Shown here piece after piece: positions 22,945-35,619 of a stretch of DNA of 38,255 bases. The first letter of the stretch is position 1. Each line of letters begins with the position of its first letter. A program made the translations under genes and the position numbers. Source of the stretch: Octopus bimaculoides (lineage: Eukaryota); the NCBI RefSeq assembly GCF_001194135.2, contig NC_068996.1, positions 32,219,461 to 32,257,715 of the forward strand. The letters are read 5' to 3'. The notes below the pieces were generated by a model, which had not been told where the DNA came from, did no database searches, and saw only the letters and a program-made list of their open reading frames with translations.

Positions 22945-23630
22945 ATCTTTATCTTGTCATTCTCGATTATTCCTTCTAAGGTTTACCCGTACCACATCCT
23001 TGCTCTATCCAATTCATACATGCCACTCAGTTCTCAATGAATCATTCTTACGACATTACCACGTCTTCTTTTGTATTTGTGGGAGCCGCATTTAGAGTCA
23101 GAATCGTTTTGAAGAACGTGAGCCTGGTAGTTTTTGTAATCAAGTTTTGATCTTGTGCTGCCAATATGAAACCTTCAGTCTCTGCTTTCAGTCCTGAATT
23201 TCTCAGCCACTAATGGGTTGTTGCTTGATTTACATCAGCATTTCGATTTCGAAGTACATACTATCCATGCAGAGGCTTTTGGCATCACCGCTCCTCAATT
23301 TGTTTCTGCCCGTTCTTTTTTGAAGTCTGCTTGATCCATTTTGCATGTTTTGTGGTAGTAGTTTCAGGTTTTTCAAATAGTTCAGGATTAATGCCAAGTT
23401 CCCTTGCGAATTTGCAAGCTTCTTTGATAATATAAGGTGATTTTGTTTTGCTGCATTCATGTTTGCACACAAGTTGCAGCGTCCAGTTCTCTGTACTATA
23501 TAAGTACCTATTCATTGCGATCGTGGAGGTCTTACAGCACAGATCTACCTGCGCCATTCCTCTTTTTCCTTTACTTCTAGGTAGGTACAGACAATCAACA
23601 TATGCTTTTGAGTGGTGTATGTAGATTCAG
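22945..23630 (-). mobile_element. R4-clade (RLE-type) LINE, 3' segment (post-RT region to just before the endonuclease core)
   Basis: HHSKAYVDCLYLPRSKGKRGM, CKTSTIAMNRYL..ENWTLQLV, WLRNSGLKAETEGFILAAQDQNL, YKRRRGNVVRMIH*EL and WYG*TLEGIIENDKIKIL. Confidence 0.85.
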
Positions 23631-25420
23631 AATATTTTCTGAGAATATGAACTTGCAAGTCTTTTTCAAAATTGTAGCCGTTTGACGTGAAATGTTCAGC
23701 AAGTTTGGTCGAACTAACGCTATTGTGCCTGACGTCATACCTGTGTCCATTGAATCTTTTATTTAATTGTTTTATTGTACAATCAACATAAATCAAATTA
23801 TGTGTGATGCATTCTGCCGCGTACACCAAATGGGAATCTTTGTATGTTCCACCTTCCGTACAAATCATAACATTCCTATTATGATTCCTGATGGAATTGA
23901 TTTGACTCATGTTGTTGCACAGTGATCAGGATTTACCTCTCTTGCGGCTATTCTCTTATATTTTGATTCAATCTAAAGGCTACAATAGGCGGCTGAGGGA
24001 ATATTTGTATGAAGCGGGGATATTTTTCTGAAATATGCTAGTAATTTTTATGTAACACTTTTGAAAAGCCAGCGAAATTCTGGTGCCAGCTAATCACTAA
24101 AGAAAATCTATCACAAATTTTACTTTGGTTGTTAAAATTATGCGTGGAAGTTTGACTATCTTTGCTAATTTTAGCATTGTCATTGCGATTCCCTTTACTC
24201 ATGATTCACTATAACCGAGTTTGACATAATGGTCTACAAAAGCATTTGCATGTTTCTAGTAATCCCCTATATCAATATAAATCCATTTTATCCACAAAAA
24301 TTGGGATTTCGGATTTGACTTAAATTATATGATGCGGATAATCAGAGCAGCGATGAAGGTAAATGTCGGATGACGTGGCCTTGCCAAATAACTCTGTCAC
24401 TGTTTTGCATCCAGAACACTTAACTTTTGTGACCAAAAACTGGAAGACAGTGTTTTTAAAACTAGACGTACATTTTATATTAGACTTAAAAACCATAGTT
24501 TTTAACGTAACAGTCACAGAAATGCAAGAAGTCAATTAAAACTGTCCTGTGATCTTTCCCGGACAAGAAGAACAGTCATCAATGAACTGTAACCAGAGTA
24601 TCGGTTCATGACCACGCAAGGATTTGAATGTATTTATTAACTGTATCGCGAATTTCCTCATGAAGACATTAGCAAAAATAACTGCCATGAGGGTTACCAT
24701 GGCGCAAAATCTTCAATAACTTACAGGGAAAATTAAATGGAATACTTTTGTTTGACCGTTTTTCTAAGACAGTCATGCATGCTTCCACTCCCTCATCGTG
24801 TCAATATTGGAGTATAGTGAATAAAACATCCATGGTTACCAAAATAACCCCCAGTTTTCCATACTACTTCGGTGCTTGGAAAAGTTGTTAAAATCGAAGG
24901 TATCCTGAATATAGGAGCTTGATCTTGCAACAAGGAGTAGAAAGCTATCCAACCACTTCGAAATTTGAGCTGGGAACATGTAAATGTTCTTATACACCAT
25001 ATCTGCTGCAAATTGAGTGCATTAGAAGAAATCTTTCGAACTTTTTGTGTATTTTGGGGAGACCATAAAATACAGGTTTTCTTTGTTCTGACTCTGTAAA
25101 CTCTTGGATTAATGAAACTGTTTACCTCCATTTCCAGAATTATTTAGTCAAGTTCCTCTCTGTAATTCGGGTTTGGATCGACAGATAATTCTTCATGTGA
25201 AGTTTTGTCTCTTAAAACTTCTTCATAAGCCGAAATATACTCACTGGTGTCTATAATTACAATAGCGCCTTGCTTACCCGCTATTTTAATAACAATAGAG
25301 TCATTATTAGCTACACGACGGAGTGCGTAACGCTGGGAATTTGTGAGATTATTCCAGGACTTCTTTCTATTTGTTTTAAAGCTTTCCCTAATGCCTGTCT
25401 GGCAAGATTCAGGAAATTCT
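23630..25420 (-). mobile_element. Penelope-like element RT plus GIY-YIG segment, truncated at both ends, lying inside the R4 relic
   Basis: NNLTNSQRYAL..SIVIKIAGKQGAIVII, FYGLPKIHK, KWLDSFL..SYIQDT, LVTMDV, AM..MAVIFANVFM, WLQFIDD (24575-24586), LHRCSDYPHH, PQPPIVAFR and LVYAAEC..LIYV..RFNGHR..TKLAEHF..DLQVHIL. Confidence 0.9.
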
Positions 25421-26850
25421 ACTAGTACTTGTTATAAGTCGCAGATAAACAGATAATGGACTTATAGGTTTTTGGAACTTTGGATTCATTATTCATTGGG
25501 AGTAGGTAAGTAATACCACTTGCTAACCAGTCAAGTGATTTCTAAGGATCTCTCATAACTTCATTGGCCAGCTAGACTAACTTTTCCTGTGTGCACTGGA
25601 ACGATGAGAGCTAGAAATTTGGCACCCTGTCTACTTATGAACCTCCATGAGGGTCTTCCTTAGGTCTGCTATTGTAACGTCTTCCCATGCTTGTTCTTGT
25701 AATCTTTGGTAGGATCCTTCTCTGCATCTAATCCAATTTGCAGTTTCATTGTATGACTTCTCATCACTCCAAATCTTCTTCCAAACGTTTCCAACTTCTT
25801 CCTTGGGAGCTTATTTTCTCTGTAGAATATTTTCTCATTGGATGTGAGCAGCTTATTTTGCTTGTAAAATTTGTTTCTTTTCTCATAACGTCGTGTTTTT
25901 TGAAGTTTTCCTTCAACATTTTGCTCCAGCATTTCTTTTGTTCATATCAGTTCTTCTCTTGGTGAGAATCTATATTTTCTCTTCATCTCCCTACCTTTTC
26001 TGGATCTTACATCTTTTCCTCAGATTAATTCCTTTAATATTGATATTTCTCCTCTCATTATTTCAATCTGTTTTCAATTCTATTTTTCCAGTTTGGATTT
26101 CTTCTGAGGATTTTTTTCTCATTCTTCATTTAACTTAATATGGTCAGATTTTAATTCTTGTATGATTTCTTTTGTTACATAATTTATTTTTATTTTGGTT
26201 TACATGTGAGAGTTTATAGAGGGATTCTCTATCGTTCATATTTGTATGAAGTTCATTCAGCAAGTTCATTCAGAATTTTCTGCTTCATGCCCATCATAGA
26301 CTCTCTGTGTTCTTCAGCAAATGTATGGCCTTCAAATACTTTATTTACCACTTTTCTGGTTATCGTTATCAAGTTCATTAGAATTTAGTCAGTTGATAGT
26401 CTTTCAATTAAGACTCATGGCATTTTCTCTCCTAATCTGATTCTTCATTTCCTTCCTGTCTTATATTTAGGTCTTTTCTGCTGCGTGCTTGGTCAAGATT
26501 ATTTCTGAAGATATCCCTCATAACATTTACTAACTTATTTTCAGCTAAGTATGGTCTGCTACCTTGATTTCATGTTCTCCATATTTCATGATTTTGTGGT
26601 GTGTCTCTCTAGGGATGGTCTCCTTAATGCATAGTAATAAGTGTATATTACTTCTTTACGTTATTTTTCTTTTTTTGTGGTGCCTGAGGTGGTGAACTTT
26701 GAGGACTTGAGATTGGGAAGTTACCGTTTAGTGGTCATCCAAGTTCGTTTTGGAGAAGAGTTTGTGTCAGAAGATGACTTTTCAACTTCAGGTTGGCTCT
26801 TTGCTAAGAGACGCACTTCAAGATTAACTATAGGACAAACGATTTGGTGT
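25420..26850 (-). mobile_element. R4-clade LINE, 5' segment (N-terminal domain to start of RT)
   Basis: EVIYTYYYAL, NKLVNVMRDIF, RRYEKRNKFYKQNKL, QEQAWEDVTIADLRK, DRVPNF*LSSF and DWLASGITYLLP..YKSIICLSATY, which ends at the junction with the PLE. Confidence 0.85.
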
Positions 26851-27861
26851 ATTATTTTAATTTTCCTTTGTGTGTAATAAAACATTTATGCAGCATTAAT
26901 ATTATTATTATTGAGCCCTGTATGGCTAATGAAGAAACGATTATTATTATCTCTACCATTATCATTACCACCATTATTATTACCATTATTTTTATTGCCG
27001 TTACATTTACTATTTTTATGCTACTTTAGTAGTTGTGGCTATTGCTGATCCCCATTATTATTGTCATTATTTTTGTCCTTGTGGCTACATTCTGTAGCCA
27101 TGGTAATGGTATAGTTATCATAGTTGTTATTGTTGTTACTTTCTGAGTTGTTGCTGATGTTACTGGGAATTGGCGAAGTTAATTTTGCTGGTTTTATCCT
27201 ACAACTTTTGCCTTGTGTTTGAGACAGTCATAAGTACATAAGATTTGGGGAAGAGACACAGTTTGGCGGACATACAGTTAGATATCATTAGTCTAAACAG
27301 ATTCTATAGATGTTGAACGGGAAGTGAAAAAAGAGTGGTTGCACCCACATGGTCAGCAAAATGTGTTTACAACTGATTAATGAAAGTAGTGGGAGATTTT
27401 GAAGGAAACTGATTTACTTTGTTCTGTTTCAATTGCCGATAGAAAAAAAAATATATACATCCATGATTTTTTTACAATATTAAATGAAGTTTGCTGCGCT
27501 TTACAGTTTTTGTAATTGTGCAATATGTAAATATGTTAATCGCTATCTTTTGTGTTTGTTATTAGTTCTGAAACTGTTCTGAGTTTTAAGTTTTGGAGGC
27601 GTTTCAATTTTTCCTGGCTATAAAAGCAGAATGTTTGCGTGTTCTAGATGCTAGAAAAAGAAAGATTTTTTTTAAAAATTACTCAGTGTCACTTAATTTT
27701 GAAGTTACTCTAGTTAGATAGCCAGAGGCATCTAAGAATGTTCTTGCTATAAAAGACATGTTTACGTATTCGAATAGTGAAAATGAATAAAATAAATTTG
27801 GAATAGTCACAGAAAATTGTAGACATTCAAATTTTTAAAGTTATATAAAGGATGATTGCTT

Positions 27862-28400
27862 GCGTGTTTGAGCAGGGAAAACTTATAGATAGTGAAGTTT
27901 TAATCGGGCTGGGAAGGCATTTTCTTTGCCCGGTGGCGATGGCAAAGGAGGTTGTCTGGTGGACGTTACTGAAAGGCATGAGGACAGAGACATTCTTCTT
28001 TGGTAGAGACTTCATCGAAGTTTTCAACTTTCATTTGAAAAAGAAAATAAGGGTGGAGAGGGAGGTCCGGTCCTCGATTGAGGACAGCACTTTTGAAATG
28101 CCAGTGACGGTGAGATTCCTCGATTATGCCTTGAGGTCCTCCTGTATCAGGGGGACAACATCACTATCATCCCCGACTTTTTATCCTTCCTTCTTTCTTT
28201 AGACTATTGTATACTATGTATGATTTCCTTCTTTGTTTTATTGTATACTGTGTATGCTTTCTATATACATATGCCTTTTTTATTATCTCATTATATGTAA
28301 ACCCCACACGTTTTAGCTGTCTTTGTATTATCCACCCCATTCTTCACAGAGGTAACAAATATAAAATATCATTAGGATTTTCATGATGCTTATTATTATT
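27862..28400 (+). mobile_element. Tx1/L1-clade LINE 3' fragment with 3' UTR and (TTA)n tail
   Basis: SFNRAGKA and FLCPVAMAKEVVWWTLLKGMRTETFF..FHLKKKIRVEREV, the same C-terminal region as the 34532 copy. Confidence 0.8.
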
Positions 28401-28405
28401 ATTAC

Positions 28406-28455
28406 ATCGACCCCAGTGCTCAAATCTGTACTAGTTGAGCACTGGTACTTGTTTT
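28406..28455 (-). mobile_element. Short SINE family 2 fragment with internal inverted duplication
   Basis: ATCGACCCCAGTGCTCAA...CTGGTACTT is the reverse complement of the family 2 core seen at about 20265-20300 and 22860-22892. Confidence 0.6.
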
Positions 28456-28535
28456 CCAATATTCAGTCATCACCAGAGTGTGCAATATCTATGATGAAAT
28501 CAGTTTCCCTATGCTCCGGTGGCTAATAAGAGAAA

Positions 28536-29203
28536 TCATCATCATCGTCATCGTCGTTGTTGTTGTTGTTGTTGTTGTTGTTGCTGGTGCTGGTGCTGCT
28601 GCTGTTGTAGTTGTTATTATTTTTATTATCTCTTCAACTAGCTAAAATAATTAAATTTTCTCTACAAACAAATAACGAAAAATGATTTAAAAAAAAAAAA
28701 GAATTTGATTAAAGGTCTGAAGACACCTTGTTTTAATATAGAATCATTTTGATAAACAAAATAGAATTTGGTGCTGTTATTTTTGAAGCGATAATTAAAC
28801 CGACTGGAGAAGTTTTTTAATTTTATTTTTATTTTCATAAGAATAATGTTGTGCAGTTGATGATTGTGATAGAAACATTAGTATTTATTGTTGCTACTAT
28901 TTTTATGTTACTTTTAATATTACTATATAATTATTGCTGTTTATGATGATGATATTCTGGAGTTGTTTTTATTAATATTAATATCATCTGTGTCATAAGT
29001 ATCGAAAAATTTCTTTTCTCAATCTATCGTATGAGATGCAACTGAAGTATACATCGTAAAGTGTAAGAAATTAGGGAGACACATATGTATGTATATATGT
29101 ATGCATGCATGTATGTATGTATGCATGTATGTATGTATGTATGCACGCATGTATGTATGTATGTATGTATGTATGTATGTATGTATGTATGCATGTATGT
29201 ACG

Positions 29204-29237
<34 letters not shown>

Positions 29238-29284
29238 TGCATATATATGTGTGTAAGTATGTATCTATTTATCTATTTATCTAT

Positions 29285-29335
<51 letters not shown>
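28536..29335. repeat. (ATC/GTC/GTT/GCT)n run and (ATGT)n(ATCT)n tetranucleotide array
   Basis: Runs at about 28536-28627 and 29083-29335. Confidence 0.93.
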
Positions 29336-29337
29336 CT

Positions 29338-29678
29338 TAGGCGCAGGCATGGCTGTATGGTAAGAAGTTTGCCTCCCAACCACATGGTTCCGGGTCCAGT
29401 CCCACTGCGTGGCACTTTGGGAGAGTGTCTTCTACAATAGAATCCAGCCGACCAAATCCTTCTGAGTGGGTTTGGTAGAAACCCTTCATACATGTGTATG
29501 TGTGTGCGTGCGTGTGTGTGTATGTGTGTGTGCTTGTCTCTGCGTGTGATGTACATGCGTGTGTGCGTGTGTGTGTTTGTTTGTCCTCCATCACTGCTTG
29601 ACCGGTATTGGTTTGTTTGCATTTCCATAACTTAGCGGTTTTGCAAGCGACTGATGGAACAACAACAACAACAACAAT

Positions 29679-29711
<33 letters not shown>

Positions 29712-29820
29712 AATAATAATAATCAGGACTGGGCTTGATTCATTCGAATAAAAATTCTTCCAGGCGATGTCCTAGCATGGCTGCAGTTTAATGACTGAAA
29801 CAAGTAAATGATAAAAGATA
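29338..29820 (+). mobile_element. tRNA-derived octopus SINE (family 1) with internal (TG)n and (AAC/AAT)n
   Basis: TAGGCGCAGGCATGGCTGTATGGTAAG..GGTTCCGGGTCCAGTCCCACTGCGTGGCACTTTGGG head and 3' end CATGGCTGCAGTTTAATGACTGAAACAAGTAAA. Confidence 0.85.
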
Positions 29821-29875
29821 CATATAAACGCATTTATATATATTCAAATATACACATACATATACATGTCTACAT

Positions 29876-29879
29876 GTGT

Positions 29880-29932
<53 letters not shown>

Positions 29933-30001
29933 TGCGTATGTGTGTGTATGTGTGTGTATGTGTATGTATGTGTTCGTGTGTATAAGATATGCACGCATAT
30001 T

Positions 30002-30041
<40 letters not shown>
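29876..30041. repeat. (GT)n/(AT)n microsatellite
   Basis: Directly visible. Confidence 0.95.
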
Positions 30042-30042
<1 letters not shown>

Positions 30043-31879
30043 TTTGTTATTTTATGTTGTTTTACGCAGAAATCAAACGCATGCAAACATATACTAAGCT
30101 GGTTTCAGTATTCCTTTGCCATTGTATTTTCTAGATTTGTACTTATTTTATTTACGTTTTTGGTATTTTCCTTTGGCATAGTGTGGGGGACGCATTAGTA
30201 TAGTTTTGTGGATTCTCAGCTTTACGCACATTAGAGAAGAACACTTTTTGCATTTAGATAATAAACTTTAGCTATATATATGATGGTAGGCAGGAATTTA
30301 ACCAAATGGTTCTGAACATTAGAAAAATACTACAGTATTTTTTTAATGTTCTAAACATTGGAATGTGAGCTTATCACACTGTATGCACCAAAATACGTTT
30401 CTCATCAAAGAATAATCTGAACTACAAAAAAGATGTAACAAAGACCAAGCGCATCATACATATACCAACACAAACACACAAACTTACAGAAATACGCATA
30501 CAACTTAAATCGACTCCATGCAACTTATATCACACATCCATTTATGCATATATAGTGAAAATCTACAATTGAATCAGTTAATAATCTACAATGACTTAAA
30601 TGAAACGTATTTTTGTTTGTATTCCCAAACAATTTAAGCCATATCTAGTCAACCACAGCATACACACATATAGTAATAAGCATGCAAAGACCGGGATTTT
30701 GCACACGCTCACATACACACTCACGCACACATACTTATATACGCACACACGTGTGCGAACACACTACAAATGATTAAATACAAAATCCATGCTTCCATTG
30801 AAATATATTAAAATCTAATTATTTTAACAAACACATTCTAAGAACCTCGACCAAATCTCTTAGCTACATTTATTAATGCAGAAAGATTGTGTTCCCCGAC
30901 ACAATTAAAAATAAGTCCTATCAAAGGATGGAAATTCTACTCAGAAACTGGAAAAGATGGCGCCACCAAGTTATCTACCGGTTGCAAACTTTACTATGTA
31001 ACTTTGGCTTTCATGCTTTCGATATTGGATGAATTAAAAAGTTTTGTAGTAGAACCTCTGTAGTAATTGAAACTGAAGAGAACTTTACGTTTCATTCGGT
31101 TTTCTTTTTGAACACTTCTTAAAGAATAGTTGAAAAAAGGAATCCTATAACATTCAAATGATAGTTTTGCTGAGCATTTGCTATTTTCAGATAATGTGTT
31201 TCTACAAAACCCAGAAAGAAACTGAAAGGATCATTGTGTTGACCATTACACTGCTCACAAATGCCCCGTGTATCTGTGTATTGCAATGAACTTGAACAAT
31301 ATCCTCTTTTGCTTGCCAAATTTGTAAAAAAAACAAAAAAACATTAATTAAGAAAACGTAAATTATTAATTTTCTATTGTGGCTGAATCGCTATGTCATG
31401 GGGCAATAGTAGCTCCAATACTCTATCGATCAGTACGGTGTGTGTGAATGTGTGAAGTGATATGTGGTTGTGAAGCAAACTTTTTTAACAACTTGTTTAA
31501 CGATCTTCGAGAATAAGCTACGACAGAAATTTGTACTTATTTTCTAGAAAAACGAAATTCAGCTCTTCAAAATTAGTCATGAAATTAAGAATTAAAAACC
31601 TTGAGAAAAATATACAAAAAAGAAAATAAGAAAGCTACAAAGAAACAGAGAAAATCAATCATTTTATCTGAATGGAACTGTTTTATTACCGTTGTAATCA
31701 AGCAACTAATCACTATAATCAACCACAACCAATCTCTCAGTCAGTCGATTTATCAAACTATCACTCTTTCAATCTAAAATACCGCTTTGTCTACGCTTAG
31801 TTTTTTTCTCTCGCTTCTATCTATATATAAATCTATTTATCCATCTGACTCTCTCCGCCTCTCTCTGTTTCTCACTGTC

Positions 31880-31901
31880 TGAATATCTGTCTGTCTGTCC
31901 T

Positions 31902-31932
<31 letters not shown>

Positions 31933-32830
31933 ACCAATCTATCTGTTTCTTTCTCTCTCTTACAAACACACACACACACACACACNNNNNNNNNNNNNNN
32001 NNNNNNNNNNNNNNNNNNNNNNNNNNNNNNNNNNNNNNNNNNNNNNNNNNNNNNNNNNNNNNNNNNNNNNNNNNNNNNNNNNNNNNNNNNNNNNNNNNNN
32101 NNNNNNNNNNNNNNNNNNNNNNNNNNNNNNNNNNNNNNNNNNNNNNNNNNNNNNNNNNNNNNNNNNNNNNNNNNNNNNNNNNNNNNNNNNNNNNNNNNNN
32201 NNNNNNNNNNNNNNNNNNNNNNNNNNNNNNNNNNNNNNNNNNNNNNNNNNNNNNNNNNNNNNNNNNNNNNNNNNNNNNNNNNNNNNNNNNNNNNNNNNNN
32301 NNNNNNNNNNNNNNNNNNNNNNNNNNNNNNNNNNNNNNNNNNNNNNNNNNNNNNNNNNNNNNNNNNNNNNNNNNNNNNNNNNNNNNNNNNNNNNNNNNNN
32401 NNNNNNNNNNNNNNNNNNNNNNNNNNNNNNNNNNNNNNNNNNNNNNNNNNNNNNNNNNNNNNNNNNNNNNNNNNNNNNNNNNNNNNNNNNNNNNNNNNNN
32501 NNNNNNNNNNNNNNNNNNNNNNNNNNNNNNNNNNNNNNNNATATATATATATATATATATATATATAAGCAATGCCTACATATCTATGGTACTTTATTTA
32601 TTAGTGAGTCGTATGTGTTATGTCTGTTTCCTTACATATTTCATATCCCTTCATGTACGGTGCATTTGCGCATACGATTATATACTTATTGAAATAAGTA
32701 GAGACACTAACAAAAATCACACTCAAAAATGTATTTGTAAATGTATACATTTTAATTGTAAATGTACACGGGTTTGTGTATTTTCGTATAAGTATATATG
32801 TATATATGCGCAATTATACATACAAATAAA

Positions 32831-32868
<38 letters not shown>

Positions 32869-33732
32869 CATACATACATACATACATACATACACACACA
32901 TACATACATACATACATACATACAGACAGACAGACAGACATATGTATGCGTAAGTCTTTTGATCAATTGATGTGAATCAAAACAACACAGTAGCTTCGTT
33001 GTGATTCAATAAAACATAAAACGATCCATCCCTCCATCCATCCCTCCATCCATCCATCCATACATACATACATGCATACATACATACATACATGCATACG
33101 TTCATACATACATACATATATATACATACGTATTTATGTGTATATATCATTTATATATTGTTCACGTCAAAGGCATTTTTAAAACCAATATTTACACGCT
33201 ATTATTTATAGCCTATCTGCATCAATGTCCAACATTTCAAAACGATTTTTTTATGTACACACATATGCACAGAGACCCAGACGCAAACATACACACACAT
33301 ATATGTGTGTGTGTGTATATANNNNNNNNNNNNNNNNNNNNNNNNNNNNNNNNNNNNNNNNNNNNNNNNNNNNNNNNNNNNNNNNNNNNNNNNNNNNNNN
33401 NNNNNNNNNNNNNNNNNNNNNNNNNNNNNNNNNNNNNNNNNNNNNNNNNNNNNNNNNNNNNNNNNNNNNNNNNNNNNNNNNNNNNNNNNNNNNNNNNNNN
33501 NNNNNNNNNNNNNNNNNNNNNNNNNNNNNNNNNNNNNNNNNNNNNNNNNNNNNNNNNNNNNNNNNNNNNNNNNNNNNNNNNNNNNNNNNNNNNNNNNNNN
33601 NNNNNNNNNNNNNNNNNNNNNNNNNNNNNNNNNNNNNNNNNNNNNNNNNNNNNNNNNNNNNNNNNNNNNNNNNNNNNNNNNNNNNNNNNNNNNNNNNNNN
33701 NNNNNNNNNNNNNNNNNNNNNNNNNNNNNNNN
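31880..33732. other. Two assembly gaps (N 31986-32540 and 33322-33732) among (CT)n, (CA)n, (AT)n, (ACAT)n and (ATCC)n repeats
   Basis: Directly visible. Confidence 0.97.
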
Positions 33733-34038
33733 ATGAGTTAAATACGCAAATAACGAGAGAAAAAAAGGACAAGTAATACAAAAATGACCCTTCATCAGTT
33801 GTCGGCTATCTACCTACTCCCCATTTGGAGCAATATGTATATATAAATGCATCAGTGGACAAAAAAGAAAGTGACTCTCAGCACACTTAATAGGAGTTAA
33901 CATATATAATTATTTAGAACAGTTTCATTTAGTTCCACGCAACTTAAAGTTTCGTAGGCTTCTTAACGAAACCTAGCTTGTCGGGCACTGCCCTAAGTTG
34001 GCTTAACTTGCGTGAGGCCGAACGAAGCTGTTAAAACG

Positions 34039-34066
34039 AATAATAATAATAATAATAATAATAATG

Positions 34067-34153
<87 letters not shown>

Positions 34154-34156
34154 TTA

Positions 34157-34214
<58 letters not shown>

Positions 34215-34427
34215 CTTTTATTCGCCACCTGGGTGAGAGATGAGGGGAACGATACAAACACAGACATATAGTGGTGGAGGGGTGCATATGAAATGATAAA
34301 AAAAAGGAAAGTAATGCAAGTATACATGGTATAAATGAACAATCTGTTGTGTTTATTTTAGTATATAGTGAGTTTCTTTGCCCGAGAAGACACTCGGCAA
34401 GAAATGGAAACAAATTGAAAGAATAAA

Positions 34428-34507
<80 letters not shown>

Positions 34508-34530
34508 ACAACAACAACGACGACGACGAC
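34039..34530. repeat. (AAT)n(GAT)n and (AGT)n(AAC)(GAC) microsatellites
   Basis: Runs at about 34039-34212 and 34429-34530. Confidence 0.96.
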
Positions 34531-34531
34531 A

Positions 34532-35197
34532 ATAGCTTGATCGAAGAGGGAAGTGTCTTCAATCCTTTTTACGTCGTTCACCACACTACCTCTTTCGACA
34601 TAGCCACTAGGCAAAGGAACAACGCCTGTTCTGACGTGTTGAAGGTGGGTGGTGATGGATTCGACTGATTGTAGGATTCGTCCCACACGTGATAACAGCT
34701 GTTCCACGTAACTCCACAGGTCAGCAATACTCGGACACTGCACGAATGCATGCAGAACAGTTTCGTCGCTCTGCTCGCATCTCGGGATAGTCCCTCCTAA
34801 CAGCGCTTCTGTGCCTGTAGAGTCTGTCTTGATCTGGCAGTGCTTCGCATTAGTATTGCCGGGCTAGGGACTTTTGGAAGTTATCCATGGCAGTACTGGG
34901 CCAGAATTCCTCCGAAATAGACCGACTTATTTGTGCTCTTCGACGTCTAGAGTTTCCATATGCATGAAACGTCATCCCCCTTACCCAGTATTAGGTTTCT
35001 ATATATTGCCACCGTAGAACTTACTCCAACCGTATTGCCAGACTGGTAGAAAGTAGTGAGCGTCTGAAAACATTCCAGATGCCAGGCGCTTAACCTTTGT
35101 CTTTTCTTCATTCAGAATTGCAACTCCGTCAAAGCGATGAACTACAGAAAGAAAGCTTGTCTTACAAACGGAGACCACAATGGCTCGCCGTCTATGT
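34532..35197 (-). mobile_element. Tx1/L1-clade LINE internal ORF2 C-terminal fragment
   Basis: DGEPLWSPFVRQAF, AWHLECFQTL, MDNFQKSLA, RLYRH, PRCEQSDETVLHAFVQCPSIADLWSYVEQLLSRVGRI (C-terminal Zn-knuckle region) and SKEVVW..KGLKT. Confidence 0.87.
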
Positions 35198-35619
35198 AAT
35201 AGCAACAACAGCAATAACAACAATACTGATAATATGCGTGTATGTATGCATGTGTGTGTGTATTGTATATAGGCATATACAGATATGCATATTTACATAC
35301 TTATATACATACACAAAGAGGTGCAAGCATACATAGCAGTTTGGGTATGCACGCGTATATGTATATGTGTGTTTTCGCAATCACGTATTGTAAAAGTTAA
35401 ACAGGTTTACCATTTTTACTGACGATACTTGGTTTTAGTTCTTAACGAATAAAAGTGACTTTAAAACTGATAGTTAGACAGTCAGAGAGTTAGATAGTGA
35501 GTCATTCATTCAGTGAAGCAGACAGACAGTCAAACATAGTAATCTAATGGCTGAAACATCCAATATGACCTTTACTGTGTTCTTCAGTATGTACTTAGAT
35601 CAATTTAAATGCAAAGTTG

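Noticed and set aside
31119-31319. Cys-containing ORF (GICEQCNGQH) and an alternative FTP/lectin-like frame
   Set aside because: Splice signals are weak on both strands and the motif matches are incomplete.
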